A stretch of 64,000 nucleotides of DNA from Nitrospirales bacterium (GCA_965203295.1 CBDBCZ010000017.1:1536001-1600000); one strand, 5' to 3'. Numbered from the stretch's first letter, positions 1 through 28,942 are shown. The notes: generated from the sequence alone by a model not told the origin. Program-made: numbers and translations.

Positions 1-319
1 CAAGAATACATGTATAAATAAACATGTGTAGAGCTGGCGTTTTCTTGTACAGTGAAACCCCTCTTATAAAGATGACCTGAAATAAGGATACCAGGGCAAT
101 TAAGTGACCTGTTACATTGTTACATGTACATGTATTATGAACATGTATTCAGACTTGGATCTTGGATCTTGGCTACAGTTAATGTACTCTACCTACCTTC
201 TCACAGAATGAACACTAGTGGACAGTATCGCTTGTAGCTTGGACTGTCCAGACACTGACACAGGAGTGTGCCTCCTAATATAAAGCTGCCATCTACATTC
301 ATGTAGCTGCTAGTGCGCC

Positions 320-401
320 TAACCTCGTACCCAGGCCTCCCGCCCAGACTTTATCACGGCTGTGAGGTAAAGTCTGCGCGGGAGGCCTGGGTACGAGGTT
401 A
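320..401. mobile_element. Short palindromic MITE-like element (TA(A/G)CCTCG...CGAGG(T/C)TA family)
   Basis: taacctcgtacccaggcctcccgc ... gcgggaggcctgggtacgaggtta is a near-perfect foldback. Related termini occur at 4735-4924, 17026-17113 and 24247-24299. Confidence 0.65.
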
Positions 402-1629
402 AGTCAGACAAGCTCACCAAACAAAAAAAAGCACTGGTTTTTACTATCAAATATCTCGTTTGTAAAATCCTATGGTTTTACATCGCTGTACATGTACTTG
501 TGTATCTGTACAGTGTATACGTAGCCGCCCATCTGCAGTGCATTTCATCATAGCGACTGTGCCCTATAGAAGTAGAAGCCCTACATGTAGCATATAAGTT
601 ATCACATACAACTATCAGATTCTGAGTATAGAACAGGTTTACATGATTTGTCAGAGTCCTTTCAAAGCATCTGCTAACAATGGCCAAAACTAAAACTCTG
701 AGGTGCTCCAGCATCGGTTGCTGACAGTGTATGTACATAGCTATTCCTTTGAGACCTCATTTACACTGTATTTACGTGTTTAGTCTATGTCCACTACTCA
801 ATACTATTGCTGTACTCTTTGATCTCAGTCAAGCCTTCTCTTGAATACTGGCCTATGAAGTGAGAAGTTGCTGGTTCTATGCATGTACATGTACATGTAC
901 AGCAAAGGCTATACATTATCTAGCCTCGAATTCAAGGCCTTACTTGCCATCGTTTTTACCAGCCGCAATCTTAGGACCAGCCGGAGCGCGTGCAGCGTGC
1001 GAACGGCTGGTCCTAAGATTGCTTTACGTTTTACGCGTCTATTTGTTTGTTTGTTTGTTTGTTTGTTTGCGTCTATTTGTTTGTCTGCTTGTGCGTCTGC
1101 ACTTATCACGTGTGCAATATTACGTCATACGTTACTATGCAACTGCAGTGTATAGCAGCTTTTGGAGGTTTGCAGGCCAAGCTACAGCAAATGAAGGTAG
1201 TTTTGTGTTGCCTAGATAGCAAAAACATGGTAGGTAGCCGTAAAGATCCTGGTTTCGTGGCATATAGCTACTAACTGTAGGCGCATGACGAAACTGCTGA
1301 GTCAGCACTTTCGCTGTACCGTGTTCTACAACTGTAGTTTAATAGCTTGGCCTAAGCTGAGTTGTGTGTATTGTATGGAAAAAGGCGTCCGGCTGTTTTT
1401 TTAGACATGAAATGTCCGACTTATTATGCCGGATCCTTGACGAAAAATATTCGGGAGTAGCTTACTCCACCTGATATTTCTTCCCAAAATTTGAGGTTTC
1501 ATCAGCATAGTATCTCTTAAAGATGACTTGAAATGACCCTGCTGTAGCAGCATTCTACTGGTATATGTATACATACACACAGCAACATACATGTATAACA
1601 GCAGTCAACTAACTATTAAAGTGCGTATG

Positions 1630-1776
1630 CAGTGGAACCCCTCTTTAAAGACACCCACCTGCAATAAGGACACCTTTGTATAAGGACATTTTCATTAGCT
1701 ATGTGCTAGCAATTTACCCAGAAATGAGGACACCTCTCTGCAGGACATTAATCAGGTCTAAAAGAAGGGTTCCACT
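1630..1776. mobile_element. Degenerate CAGTGGAACC-type MITE
   Basis: cagtggaaccc ... gggttccact termini with internal aaggacacc repeats; related fragments at about 50-95 and 6820-6903. Confidence 0.45.
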
Positions 1777-1984
1777 CTAATTTCATTGCTACATGTATAT
1801 GCACATTTCTGTGCATGTGTGGGGTGAAACTGTTCTCTATTGTGGGATTAATGCACATACATGTACTTGTACATGTACATGTACATGCATGCACTTCTGT
1901 GCAAAGCTGGGTGATTTTTGCAATGTGATGACCTCGTCATCTTTTCTCCAGATCCCTTGAGCCCAGGGTGTGGTTGCCGTGGCG

Positions 1985-17727
<15,743 letters not shown>

Positions 17728-18724
17728 CAGGTACTGGTGGCTAGCTAGCTACGTGAACCATTTCATTGTCTACATGCACTCATTGCATTTCTCCCATTGG
17801 AACAGCAGCTAGTTAGAACGACTGAAGATTTCATGTTGCATTGCATAAATTGTGTTTTCATGGCAGATACTTTTTGTTAATGACACTCCATTTTTGTCGA
17901 GTAATGTTCATGATTGTCTATACCCTTCATATTGAGTCCATATATGTACGTACTACTGTGTACGTGTAAGTGTTATAGCGACAGGATTGTGTGAATTCAT
18001 ATCTGAAAATGATCTTTAAGTACAGGGAAGGCCTATATATTACCCCGTAAGAGCCTGAAGAAACCAGATAGCCAGCTCAGTCAGTTGACATTACTCGTTG
18101 TCAATGGTGTCATGGTACTTGATATTTGCATTTTGTATAGCATTGGTGTCTGTTTTCTTTTATTATGGCTTATATTGTGTGATTTCTGTTTTGTATGATT
18201 TAGCTTTGCAGTTTTTAAGAGTTTAAGCATGCAGGTCAGTGAATAGTCTCGTGACGAGACTAGTCAGTGAAGAGTCCTAAATAAGCAAGCATGCTGTACT
18301 AACTAAGACACAACATTTGTGATAAATGAGGTTTTCCTTGTTCTCAATCCCCGGCCATGTACATGTGAAAAAAAAAACTTGAAACCTGGGAACGATTTAT
18401 ATACCCCAATAGCAGATCACTGCATGTGCACATACATGTACTGATTCTGAATGTTTTGACTGCTGGGCTGCAGTATTCTGGCCTGAAAAAGACTGCAGCC
18501 CAGTAGTCAAAAACATCGGCATTTGATGATGAAATTTGTGAAGCCAATCCATTGGTAGTAGAAAGAGAACTTCGCTCAACATCATTAAACTTTATTACAC
18601 AGGTTACTGAACTATACACTGTCTGGTTTGAAAGTTCATTTTGAGTACCTCATTAACTTAAATTTATCTGGAATATTCATACAGGATAATCAGCACAATT
18701 ATGCTATAGGTTAATTAATAACCT

Positions 18725-19507
18725 CTAATCAAAATGATAAGTGAATCCTTTTAAGAAATCCACAATGCTCTTCCTGACATGTTCTTCCTCCGACTGTGGT
18801 CCGGTGAACTTCCACCCCCAGTACCTATGGTCTGTACCACTACCACTGCCACCATAGCCTTCTCGCAGCCAGCTAGGAGGAATACTGGGAAAACTGTCCC
18901 AACCATATTTGGTCTGGTACTCGTGATACTCGGCGCCACGCAGATCGATCCTTACTTTCACAGACACCACAGGCGATCCCGAGAAATAGCGCTTCTCCAT
19001 CACTTCTCGACTAACAGAACCTGCAGCAAATATGTCCCAATCGTAACCAGGAACTCGGACTGCAAAGGTTTCTATTTTCCCCCACAGAAATTCAATATTA
19101 AACTTCCAGTCACCGGGTGCCTCACGTCCGAGGGAATTGACTACAAACTTATCTTTAGGAGATACATTCAGGTTGACACTGGCTGAGTCGGCAATGATAT
19201 CCCTATAAAAAGTCACGGCGTCAGGAATTCTGGCTAGTACTTCCACAGGAATTGTAAGGTCAGAAGATGCAGAGTCATCAGGGCTCTTAATAAGGGTCAC
19301 TGTCCCATCCTCCTGACAGGAGACGATGTAGGACTCGGAGTCCCTATACTCACTAAAGGCCACAACGTCACCATGACACAACTCATGTTTCTTAACTAAC
19401 GCTTCTGCGCCGGCTGCACTCGTAGGACATTCAGAGTCATACAGCCTTAAGTATTTAGCAGCTTCTGCGGGACACTTCGTATCTTTGCTGGGCTCTTGAG
19501 AGGCCAT
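18725..19507 (-). CDS. Intronless hypothetical protein, 260 aa (MASQEPSKDT...GFTYHFD)
   Basis: Uninterrupted ORF from the ATG at 19507, with globular composition; homologous sequence is repeated in each duplication unit. Confidence 0.75.
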   Translation of the reverse strand: MASQEPSKDTKCPAEAAKYLRLYDSECPTSAAGAEALVKKHELCHGDVVAFSEYRDSESYIVSCQEDGTVTLIKSPDDSASSDLTIPVEVLARIPDAVTFYRDIIADSASVNLNVSPKDKFVVNSLGREAPGDWKFNIEFLWGKIETFAVRVPGYDWDIFAAGSVSREVMEKRYFSGSPVVSVKVRIDLRGAEYHEYQTKYGWDSFPSIPPSWLREGYGGSGSGTDHRYWGWKFTGPQSEEEHVRKSIVDFLKGFTYHFD

Positions 19508-19939
19508 CGAACTCTTCAAGCCGCCGTATATAGTTCTAAGTCTCGTGATCAGGCAGCGTCTAGTCACGTGACTAGGCAGCAGCGCGCGTAATTACGTAAT
19601 GGAGTAACCTTTACCCATATGATGTAATGGGGTAAGAATTGACAATGTCGTGCAAGTGTTTGTGCTTTCATGTTGAAAGCACAAAAACATACATGTTTGC
19701 ATGTATTTAGTGTCTGTCTCCTTTTACCCCCCCCCCCCCCCCCCCAGCTACATCATTTCGGTAAAGGATCTTTTATATTCATCTTGATTTTGCAGAGCTG
19801 CACTTTCTCCATATAATTCTCGTGACGAGACTATTGTAGAATGTGAGTTTGCTGCCTAATTATCATGCATTAATTATATTAATTAATAGTGGATCTTTAA
19901 TTGGCTCTAAGATACAGAAAGCTCAGTATTTATTACTAG

Positions 19940-21817
19940 CTATGAGGGGTTAAAAAGTTTCTCAATGATGGCTCTTTGGGCGAAGGAGCTGCACGCCTTT
20001 TCAACTGATTGCTTCAAGGTTTCGACTTCTGCAGACATTGCTTGAGCCATTTTTCTGACAGCGTCGATGCTGTAGTGAGTTTGACAGTTGTATATCTTAT
20101 CACTGAAGAGTATTTCTATGAGCTTTTTACCAACTTCTGGATAGTCGATAGGATAGCCATTAGCTTGCGCAAACAACGATATCATGAAGGTGTAGAAAGG
20201 CGTTAAAATGGTGTTTGGGTGGTTATACGATGTTGTGTTAGGAGGTGAGAGTTGGGATGCTTGGAATGGCATATTGTTTAAAAGAGGGTCCACTGTTTTC
20301 ATAACTTCCTTTCCGAGGATTTCCGTCAGCATTCCATAACTCTGGGAGATATGATTCTTGTGTGTGTCTATAACGCTGACAAGATCGTGGAGATACTTGG
20401 TTATGTCCAGTCTGCAAAAGCGCACCATATGTACTAGCATTGCCAACCACTGTAGCATGGGTACGTAGGCCCATGCAGAGTAAGTAACTGACTCAATTGT
20501 CCTCAATTTACAGCCCACTTCCGCTATAATGTTGTTCAGCTGATGACTGTCCATCAGTCCACTACAGATGTCAGTTACGCATCTGCATGCATTGTTGGCT
20601 GGAGTTCCGACTGGGTCCTTTCTTTCTGCTTGCCGTTCTTGAATCCGTCGCCGGGATGAAACGTTCCACCGTGTAGGCATGAGCACTTTATTGAATTGCG
20701 TGAAGGAATCCAGGCACTCTTCCACGTGTGGTTTCAGCGCATCTACATCAAATGACTTTGATTCGGCCCTAGTTTGTATGTGTGCATGATACCCTGCTGC
20801 GAAGGTCGAGATGCTTTGCAAGGTCAATGAAATAAGGCGAGGATCAATTTTTGCTGTCTCGGTATCTATCTGATCGTGAAAGCAAGGCCACTGATGCACA
20901 ATTGGAGTGTCCATTGCAAAGATGTGCTTCATGTCTTCCCAGGTTGTCTTAATCATCACTCTCCATTCATGATCGTTTGCTGTTAGTCTCGAAAGCTCGT
21001 TCCTATAGAATATGTACTGGGTCTGCTTCACATAGAAAATGTGATCGAGGGTTTGGTTTGGGCCCTTGAGACTGGAAGGTACATCTGGAACTCCTGTCTC
21101 CACCACTAGAAGCTTTGCCAAGTCAATGCGTCCAATATGTTCCAGACGTTGTACAAGATAGCCGTAGTTATGAGGGCCAAGGACCTCCTGGTTCTCAAGC
21201 TCACAAAAGAGTTTGTAGCCTTCCTTAATTTCCTCGCTTGAGGCTTCTGGGATAGAAGGACAGAGGAACAGCAGCTGCTGAATTTCATCAGTAGATAGAT
21301 GATTGGAAATTTTTAGTAGCAAGAAACGGTGTGTTTCTACAGGTGTGCTGTTATCCGAGGCTCCATGCTGCAATCCTAAAAGTTTGCTAGCCAAATCCTG
21401 CCTTCCAATACACTGAAGCCATTCTTTGAGCTGGCTATGCTTATCCAGCCACAGAGATTCGCACCATTCCAGTTGCTGAAAGAGCTCTAAACCAGAACAC
21501 ACCTTTTTCGCAACCTCCTTGGGAATTATACCACCAGCCACAAACAGAAGACATTGGACATCTTTTCTGGTGAGTCTCCGTGCAATCTTCATCAATCTCA
21601 GTCTGTGCTTTGTCCTCTGGAGGCCATGAGCTTCATTCCTGAGTTTTGATACTTTTGCTGTTTTTCTTCTTCGACTATTAGTACTGTGGCTTGGAGTTTT
21701 GAAACTGTACTTGTGCTTCGATCCATGAAACGAAGAGGTGCCCCGTTTAAGTTTACGACGGTTGAACTTCGGTCTACTCTGTTTGTCTAGCCTGCTTTTT
21801 GAACTGATGGAGGCCAT
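19940..21817 (-). CDS. Tandem death-effector-domain (2xDED) protein with a non-caspase C-terminal region, copy 1
   Basis: Single 625-aa ORF from the first ATG. DED1 is HRLRLMKIARRLT..LLF..LELFQQLE..IGRQDL and DED2 is HRFLLLKISNHLS..LLFLC..LFCELE..IGRIDL (RxDL motifs). The N-terminus is basic and there is no QACxG motif. An in-frame acceptor at 21836 could link an upstream exon. Confidence 0.85.
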   Translation of the reverse strand: MASISSKSRLDKQSRPKFNRRKLKRGTSSFHGSKHKYSFKTPSHSTNSRRRKTAKVSKLRNEAHGLQRTKHRLRLMKIARRLTRKDVQCLLFVAGGIIPKEVAKKVCSGLELFQQLEWCESLWLDKHSQLKEWLQCIGRQDLASKLLGLQHGASDNSTPVETHRFLLLKISNHLSTDEIQQLLFLCPSIPEASSEEIKEGYKLFCELENQEVLGPHNYGYLVQRLEHIGRIDLAKLLVVETGVPDVPSSLKGPNQTLDHIFYVKQTQYIFYRNELSRLTANDHEWRVMIKTTWEDMKHIFAMDTPIVHQWPCFHDQIDTETAKIDPRLISLTLQSISTFAAGYHAHIQTRAESKSFDVDALKPHVEECLDSFTQFNKVLMPTRWNVSSRRRIQERQAERKDPVGTPANNACRCVTDICSGLMDSHQLNNIIAEVGCKLRTIESVTYSAWAYVPMLQWLAMLVHMVRFCRLDITKYLHDLVSVIDTHKNHISQSYGMLTEILGKEVMKTVDPLLNNMPFQASQLSPPNTTSYNHPNTILTPFYTFMISLFAQANGYPIDYPEVGKKLIEILFSDKIYNCQTHYSIDAVRKMAQAMSAEVETLKQSVEKACSSFAQRAIIEKLFNPS

Positions 21818-22662
21818 TCTCAAATGACAGCTTTGCCTGAAAGTGGTGAGTTACATCTAATATATAAACCTAGTTGTTTACATCATAGAGGTTGCAGCAC
21901 TGTCCAAGAAGAGGTTGCAACATTGTCCAAAAATGCATTGGGATGTCCCCTCTTAGTATATATAGCCCTCTTAAATTACATGTATAGCTATTTTTATTGG
22001 CACAGTGCTTGCTGGGGGAAACCTTTCCTATTTGGTTTCCAAATATTTAAGCATTCAGTTCCCATTACTAATTTACGTAGTAGAGTAATCTTTACCCTTA
22101 TGATGTAATGTGGGCAAACGTAGACACAATTTAACATGCATGTGTTTGCATGTGCTTTTATGTTTACATATGCATGTATGAAAGTACACGAATATGCATA
22201 AGACCATCCTCCCTACATTCTTTAATTACCCAGGATGGTCTCCGTAAATGCACTGCACTGATTTGTAGCTACTCGAGCTGTATTAAACACATAGCATGCA
22301 CTGTTAGCCTCGTGACCAGACTATGGCGCTGTGATGTATAGGTAGTTTGTGAAAGCTTTGCTGTACGAGTTGTTTAGCTTGTTTTACGAAAGTGCGTCCT
22401 ACATGATTGTTTTTTTTTTCCTCACTTTTTGGTAAAGTGGTTTTTATGTAACTTTTTCCATAGTAACAGAATGTAGTGCATGGCAGCGTACATCTTGTTA
22501 AATTATGAAATGCATAATATCAGGAATACAAGTGTATGACAGTGGAGTGGAATGTATGTGTTCTTGATGAAACATATAAGTATTACTGCATTCGTGTATA
22601 GAACAAAATACCAACAAGTTAATAATATAATAGTAGCTATAGACTTCAACTGAAAAAGATGA

Positions 22663-25600
22663 CTAGAAAATATTTAGTGAATACAAGGAATACATCACTG
22701 TTCCAGTAATAATGCTGAAGTATGAACCAATGGTGGTGGGTAGAGCACTGGACATATCGTCGCCAGCAGCTGATGGGGCTGTACTGTTTAGGAGACGATT
22801 ACAACAGTCGAGAGGCTGAAAGCCCGTACAGACATCTGGTGCCTCATATGCACACTGAGCATCAGGGTAGGTAGTTAGCCCATTGAGCCGGGTTTGATCA
22901 TTCTGTAACGTTTTAAAATGAAGACATTGAATAATCACTGCATGGGATTGAGACACTTTAGCTTTTCCCAGTGGGTAGGATTCATGATAAAAATATTTCT
23001 TCAATTCCAACCTGAAATTCAGCAAAAGTTTTTACCGATATTTCTACCCAGCATTACGTTAAGTCCTCTGGCCAGGAAGACAACACTGTTACAGTAAAAA
23101 CACACTTGCAACTGGCCTGCATGGCTTTTTTTCAACATTGTAGCCAAAACATTGATAACCTTTGACAGACAGAAATTCTGCTGAAAGTTGGGTTGGAATT
23201 AATGAAACTATGCTCAAACCTTTGTACAGAAAAATCTGATACTTTTAATTAAGTGTTGGGCTTCACTTACGAAACAGATGTAAATTCCATTATTGCTTAG
23301 CACAGAATCTTGCAGATCTTGTATGGCATCAGGTGTCCAGTCGACTTGGTCCAGAACCGTCCTGATTCCAGCCTCATCATCCGAACCAAGGCTTTGGAAG
23401 AGCTGGCCACGTTCATTTGCCCTATCAGTTGAAAACCATGCACCCATGACTAGTTATGCAGGAGGTAATATAAGTTATGATTATTATTACATTTCTTATG
23501 ATCAAACTTACGAGAGGTGTTGCTCAGTGAAGGGTGTGTATGCAGCAGGCACTTGCGGTATAGATCCACACACACCCATTTGAATGCGAGGATAGTAAAT
23601 TAGAAAACTTAAGCACATTTCATCATGTGTCCTTTCACCTCCCTGCATGAAATCAGAATTTGTGAAACTTGACTTGCTAGTTTTGATAAATAGCATACCA
23701 CATAGCATTAATAATGCTTACTAGAGTCACGTTTGAGTTTTCGGTTGTTCTGTAGAAACATTTCAGAGCTAGTGAATCCCCCTGCATGGGGAAAAATATT
23801 TTACTGGTCATCATATTTGTTGACATGATCAAGAGACATTTTGTGGGAGTCCTAAGAATACTTACAGGAAGAACCTGGACTTTTCTTGGTAAAATGTTGA
23901 ATTGCTGTAATAACATCAAAGTATAATAATAAGAGTTCTTTTGATTGGGGTAAGACCATGCATGTAGAGTATACCTGAAGATTAAAATCGTATTTCAAGT
24001 TGCTGTCAATGGGCTCTAATTCTTCCAGGACACCGCACTCTTCATTGGGCCTGAAGTGCTGCAGCACTAGTCCATGTCCTGTAAAAAAAAAGAGATACCA
24101 TCAACAGTACTGTGAGTGAATTTTGGATGGGTAAAGATTTAGCAGTAATGCCATATAGTGGTCATAGAAATAATATCTGCATTGTAGCATGAGTATTAAT
24201 TTATCTCCTCATGCATTCAGTTTCCAGGCACAGGTAAACACACAATAGCCTCGTACAAAAAAAGAGAAAGCTGGGGAGTTGAGTCTAGAAACGAGGCTAT
24301 ATATAAGTACTATGTGATATTTAGTATCATGATTATAATAACAGGAGTGCATGAACATATATAGTGATAAGGGTAGTGCCGTACTAAGCAATCTTTATCT
24401 TGTTTTGGTTACAAAAATGTACTCTCAAGCCAGATTAGGACTTTACAAATTCCTTATATGGCATTGTTACAGTAGCAGCTCTACTCTACAAGATGTGGTT
24501 CTATGAAGTTACACTAATGCTCCTGATAATGTTTCTAGATATACATACCTACAAGATGTGTGCTATACTTGCAAATTGCATGACTAATTTTTAGATGTAC
24601 ATACCTACAAGATGTGTGTGAAGCAAATTTCCAAATATTGTGATACCATCATCCGGTATAGTCTAAATGGGAGGAGAATCATCATGCAGTGGGGTTAATG
24701 TCGTGTTTAAATACAGAACTTGAAGTGTATAGCACTTACGTTTTGTGTGCAAGCAGCAGGACAAACAGATTCTATTACATAATTGTCCGCTTTCGGAGGG
24801 ATGACCATATTACTTGTTACTAAATGCCCCAGCGCGAGTATTCCTGCCTCAACCGCTGGGGGGTTGCTTGAATAGAAAAATTCAAGTCCAGAACTGTCAA
24901 GAACTCCTAACATTAAAGGGAGAGCAAAGTCGTTTTTTTTTTAATGAATAAATAGTACAATGTCATGATATTAATTTTATATACACGATAGTATTGTCAG
25001 CAGATTCACCTGCTCTCAGCAGTGGATTGTCATAGTGCATTTCAAGAACCAAATACTCTGCATTGCCAGGACCCCCAATCGAGTAGGCTACATTTTCTGG
25101 ATAGACGACATCCTACAAAGAAGAAAGTATAATTCTGGTATTTGCATGCATGCATGATCACGACCTCGTACATGCACAGCTTGTCTGCCAAACGTATATT
25201 ATGCTTACCACTCCTCCAACTGCCCATACTCCAACAAGTGCAGTTCTACAGTTCCTCAAGTCATCAGGAGCATTATCACAGTGTGCACCGCTGCTTGCAA
25301 GAGTGTCAGGCTCAAGAAAGTTACAGTGGTATACCACAATGTGATGAACATGTGGATAGCTGTCCTCAGTTATGGTGGGTGAAAACTGCATAAGTAAGAA
25401 GATTATGAATCACTGTTTGTAGTTATGCTTTACAATTAATTAAAACTACATAAATCAAAAAAAAAAATTACTAACCTTAAAGATGTACTGCTCCTGTGCC
25501 CTCACTTCAGCTGGTAACTGAAAGCCTGAACACCAGTAGGTAGTGTCTCTGTCACCTGGAATTGTTATCTATGTGTGTGCATGAAAGTAGGCGAAAGAAT

Positions 25601-27075
25601 TGGGTCTTTCACCAAGTTGAATACACGATTTGTATGATATGATACTTGTATATAGACTGATATATGCTTACGTTAGTATTTCGGATTGTGAATGACTTTG
25701 TATCTGGTGGATTCGGCCGTTCGTTATTCAGCCCTCCAAGAAGATTGAGACTGGTGGTTCCTCGTGACTGATGCTGTCTAATTTCACCTAGTACATCTGA
25801 GGGATTGAATGAATTCCAGCTCCAAATTACACGAGTTGTGTCAGCCTGTATGAAAGAAAAAGATAACAGTCCTTGCATCTTAATATTATTATAAGAGCAT
25901 TAATTGCGCTATTATAATGAAAGTACATGTAGCTGTATGGTAAATCCATAAAATACGTACATATGTTCCACGTGAACCAGGAATTTGCGCAATCCTAAAA
26001 TTGCGCAATGCAAACTAGGGATCCCATACTTTGGCGCGCAATCCCAGGATTGCGCAGCCAATTCTACTTTTGCGCACACGTGATGGTGACACTTCTATAG
26101 TTAGCTATAAAAACGCCACGCTCGATTAGATAATGCAGAGTCTCTGCGGCTTGCAAGTTTCATTCATCCGTTTATATTGTGATTGTAGATTACCAGATTC
26201 ATTGACAATGTAATGGTTGTGACAAATGGTTTCATTACAAATGTGTTGGTTTTAATACATATTATCATGTTGGCGATTGGTTTTGTAACCACTGTCAGTA
26301 GTTTATTGTTTTTACAGCACTTGTCAATGACCCTTTGTTCATCCCTTTGCTGTTTGTACTTTGACTCCTCATGCACTTCATATCAAAATGCTGACTTTGT
26401 ACGAACGAATTTGCGCAATGCAGGGTTTGCGCAAAGTATTCCAACTTCGCGCGAAAAACTGCGCAATCCTGGGATTGTGCGCCAAAGTACGGATTCCTAC
26501 TTTGCGCAGCGCAATCCTAAGACTGCGCGACTTCGAATGCGCGGAACATATATACAGTCACTGACCAAAATATTCATATCTCTATCATCACAGGAAGTTA
26601 TGTTTCTGGAGAATTCAAGGATGGTGAATCCATTCTCTTGCTCGCCGCTGATCAGAAACCAGTCCTGGCTTGCATCAATCGGAGGCAGGGCTTCTTGCTC
26701 GGCATAACGATCCTGTATAAGTAAAAACAGAGAAAACAGACAATAACAGTTATATAACATGGAAACACTGCCCCGCTCGCATTGATGGTAGTTACTTACA
26801 TGAAATTGCACGGTCCCCTCGCTCTCGACCCATCCGATCACCACATCTGATCCAACCATGCCACCATCGGGAGAGATTCCGAATCCCACCCAGCCAGTCG
26901 TTTGCACGCGAACAGCGAATGAGATGGTTTGCGCACTCAAGTCGTAGTTCCAGTGGAGTTCGTACAGTCCATCGCGGTCCAGAATGGCCGAAAAGCGGTA
27001 TTCCTGCGATAAATCGTGCGCACCGTAAACAGTCAGCGCAAGAAGGGAAAGCGTTACTACAGTTCCTAGCATCAT
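22663..27075 (-). CDS. MOXD1: DBH-like monooxygenase (MOXD1-like; DOMON + copper type II monooxygenase), copy 1, 14 exons
   Basis: Exons: 27075-26800, 26712-26566, 25845-25672, 25568-25476, 25385-25209, 25112-25010, 24906-24740, 24662-24605, 24078-23975, 23904-23866, 23781-23722, 23642-23512, 23421-23271, 22902-22663. It shows a signal peptide, DOMON motif (GWVGFGISPDGGMVGSDVVIGW), TTYWC, copper ligands HVHH / EMHY / HTH / EMC, YDFNLQ and a hydrophobic C-terminus. Confidence 0.92.
25964..26548. mobile_element. MITE with ~90-bp imperfect TIRs in MOXD1 copy-1 intron 2
   Basis: TGTTCC...GGAACA termini and inverted gcgcaatcc-rich arms. It sits in a TA-rich site and is absent from the same intron of copies 2 and 3. 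Confidence 0.85.
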
Positions 27076-27127
27076 GGTTGTATTCTTGGCACAGTGTTTT
27101 AGCGGAGTTTAGCTACTGTGTCGCTAA

Positions 27128-27244
27128 GATATACTCGGCTGGTACCTGTGTCTGTACTATAGACCGTCTGCGGTTAATTGCATCAGATATACTCGGCTGG
27201 TAACCTGAATCTGTACTATAGACCGTCTGCGGTTAATTGCATCA
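27128..27244. repeat. 58-bp tandem duplication just upstream of the MOXD1 start codon
   Basis: gatatactcggctggta...tatagaccgtctgcggttaattgcatca twice; also present at about 35712-35827 and 49784-49899. Confidence 0.85.
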
Positions 27245-27729
27245 TTTCCTGTTGTGTGTGGGTAGTAAAGATAGAGTATCTATGATATCACACACACATG
27301 ATCATGTAGACTGGCTCCACCGGACTAATGACCATGATGCAAGATGAAAGTATATGATTACAAAATGATCACCAGATGATGCAATACGTTCCCTATCAAC
27401 TTGTTTTTGCACACACACACACACACATAAAAATGCAATACAAATTCTATTGCTGCCGCTAAGCGGTCACTCACACCTGGCAAAGCCAAACTGCTTGTGC
27501 ACTAAGCAAGCACTATGAGCCAGTGCTGGCAAACTCCTGGAGCCGGGCTAGGAACTCGCAGGAGGATTGACTACTTCTCTCTGGTGTGGGCAGCCGAAGT
27601 CCCACACCCTTCACTGTCTGGTTTGAAAGTTCATTTTGAGTACCTCATTAACTCTAGCTACATTAAATTTATCTTGAATATTCATACAAGATAATCAGCA
27701 CAATTATGCTATAGGTTAATTAATAACCT

Positions 27730-28516
27730 CTAATCAAAATGATAAGTGAATCCTTTTAAGAAATCCACAATGCTCTTCCTGACATTTTCTTCCTCCGACT
27801 GTGGTCCGGTGAACTTCCACCCCCAGTACCTATGATCTGCACCACTACCACTACCTCCATAGCCTTCTCGCAGCCAGCTAGGAGGAATACTGGGAGAACT
27901 GTCCCAACCATATTTGGACTGGTACTCATGATACTCGGCGCTACGCAGATCGATCCTTACTTTCACAGACACCACAGGCGATCCCGAGAAATAGCGCTTC
28001 TCCATCACTTCTCGACTAACAGAATCTGCAGCAAATATGTCCCAATCGTAACCTGGAACTTGTACTGCAAAGGTTTCTATTTTCCCCCACAGAAATTCAA
28101 TATTAAACTTCCAGTCACCGGGTGCCTCACGTCCGAGGGAATTGACTGCAAAATTATCTTTAGGAGATACATTCAAGTTGACACTGGCTGAGTCGGCAAT
28201 GATATCCCTATAAAAAGTCACAGCGTCAGAAATTCTGGCTAGTAGCTACTTCCACGGGAATTGTAAGGTCAGAAGATGCAGAGTCATCAGGGCTCTTAAT
28301 AAGGGTCACTGTCCCATCCTCCTGACAGGAGACGATGTAGGACTCGGAGTCCCTATACTCACTAAAGGCCACAACGTCACCATGACACAACTCATGTTTC
28401 TTAACTAACGCTTCTACGCCGGCTGCACTCGTAGGACATTCAGAGTCATACAGCCTTAAGTATTTAGCAGCTTCTGCGGGATACTTCGTATCTTTGCTGG
28501 GCTCTTGAGAGGCCAT
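27730..28516 (-). pseudogene. Frameshifted copy 2 of the 260-aa orphan gene
   Basis: A 4-bp insertion (ggctagtagctacttcc vs ggctagtacttcc) near 28241-28247 splits the gene into the ORFs 28226-28519 and 27730-28221. Confidence 0.85.
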
Positions 28517-28942
28517 CAAGCCGCCTTATATAGTTCTAAGTCTCGTGGTCAGGCAGCGTCTAGTCACGTGACTAGGCAGTACAGCGTGTGTAATTATTAC
28601 GCAATAAATTAACCTTTACCCTTATGATGTAATGGGGTAAGAATTTACAATGTCGTGCAAGTGTTTGTGCTTTCATGTTGAAAGCACAAAAACATACATG
28701 TTTGCATGTATTTAGTGTCTGTCTCCTTTTACCCCCCCCCCCCCCCCCCCCCAGCTACATCATTTCGGTAAAGAATCTTTTATATTCATCTTGATTTTGC
28801 AGAGCTGCACTTTCTCCGTATAATTCTCGTGACGAGACTATTGCAGAATGTGAGTTTGCTGCCTAATTATCATGCATTAATTATACTAATTAATAGTGGA
28901 TCTTTGGCTCTAAGATACAGAAAGCTCAGTATTTATTACTAG

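Noticed and set aside
19940..21817. Caspase-8/10 or cFLIP-L gene symbol
   Set aside because: No caspase catalytic or pseudo-catalytic motifs are recognisable after the DEDs.
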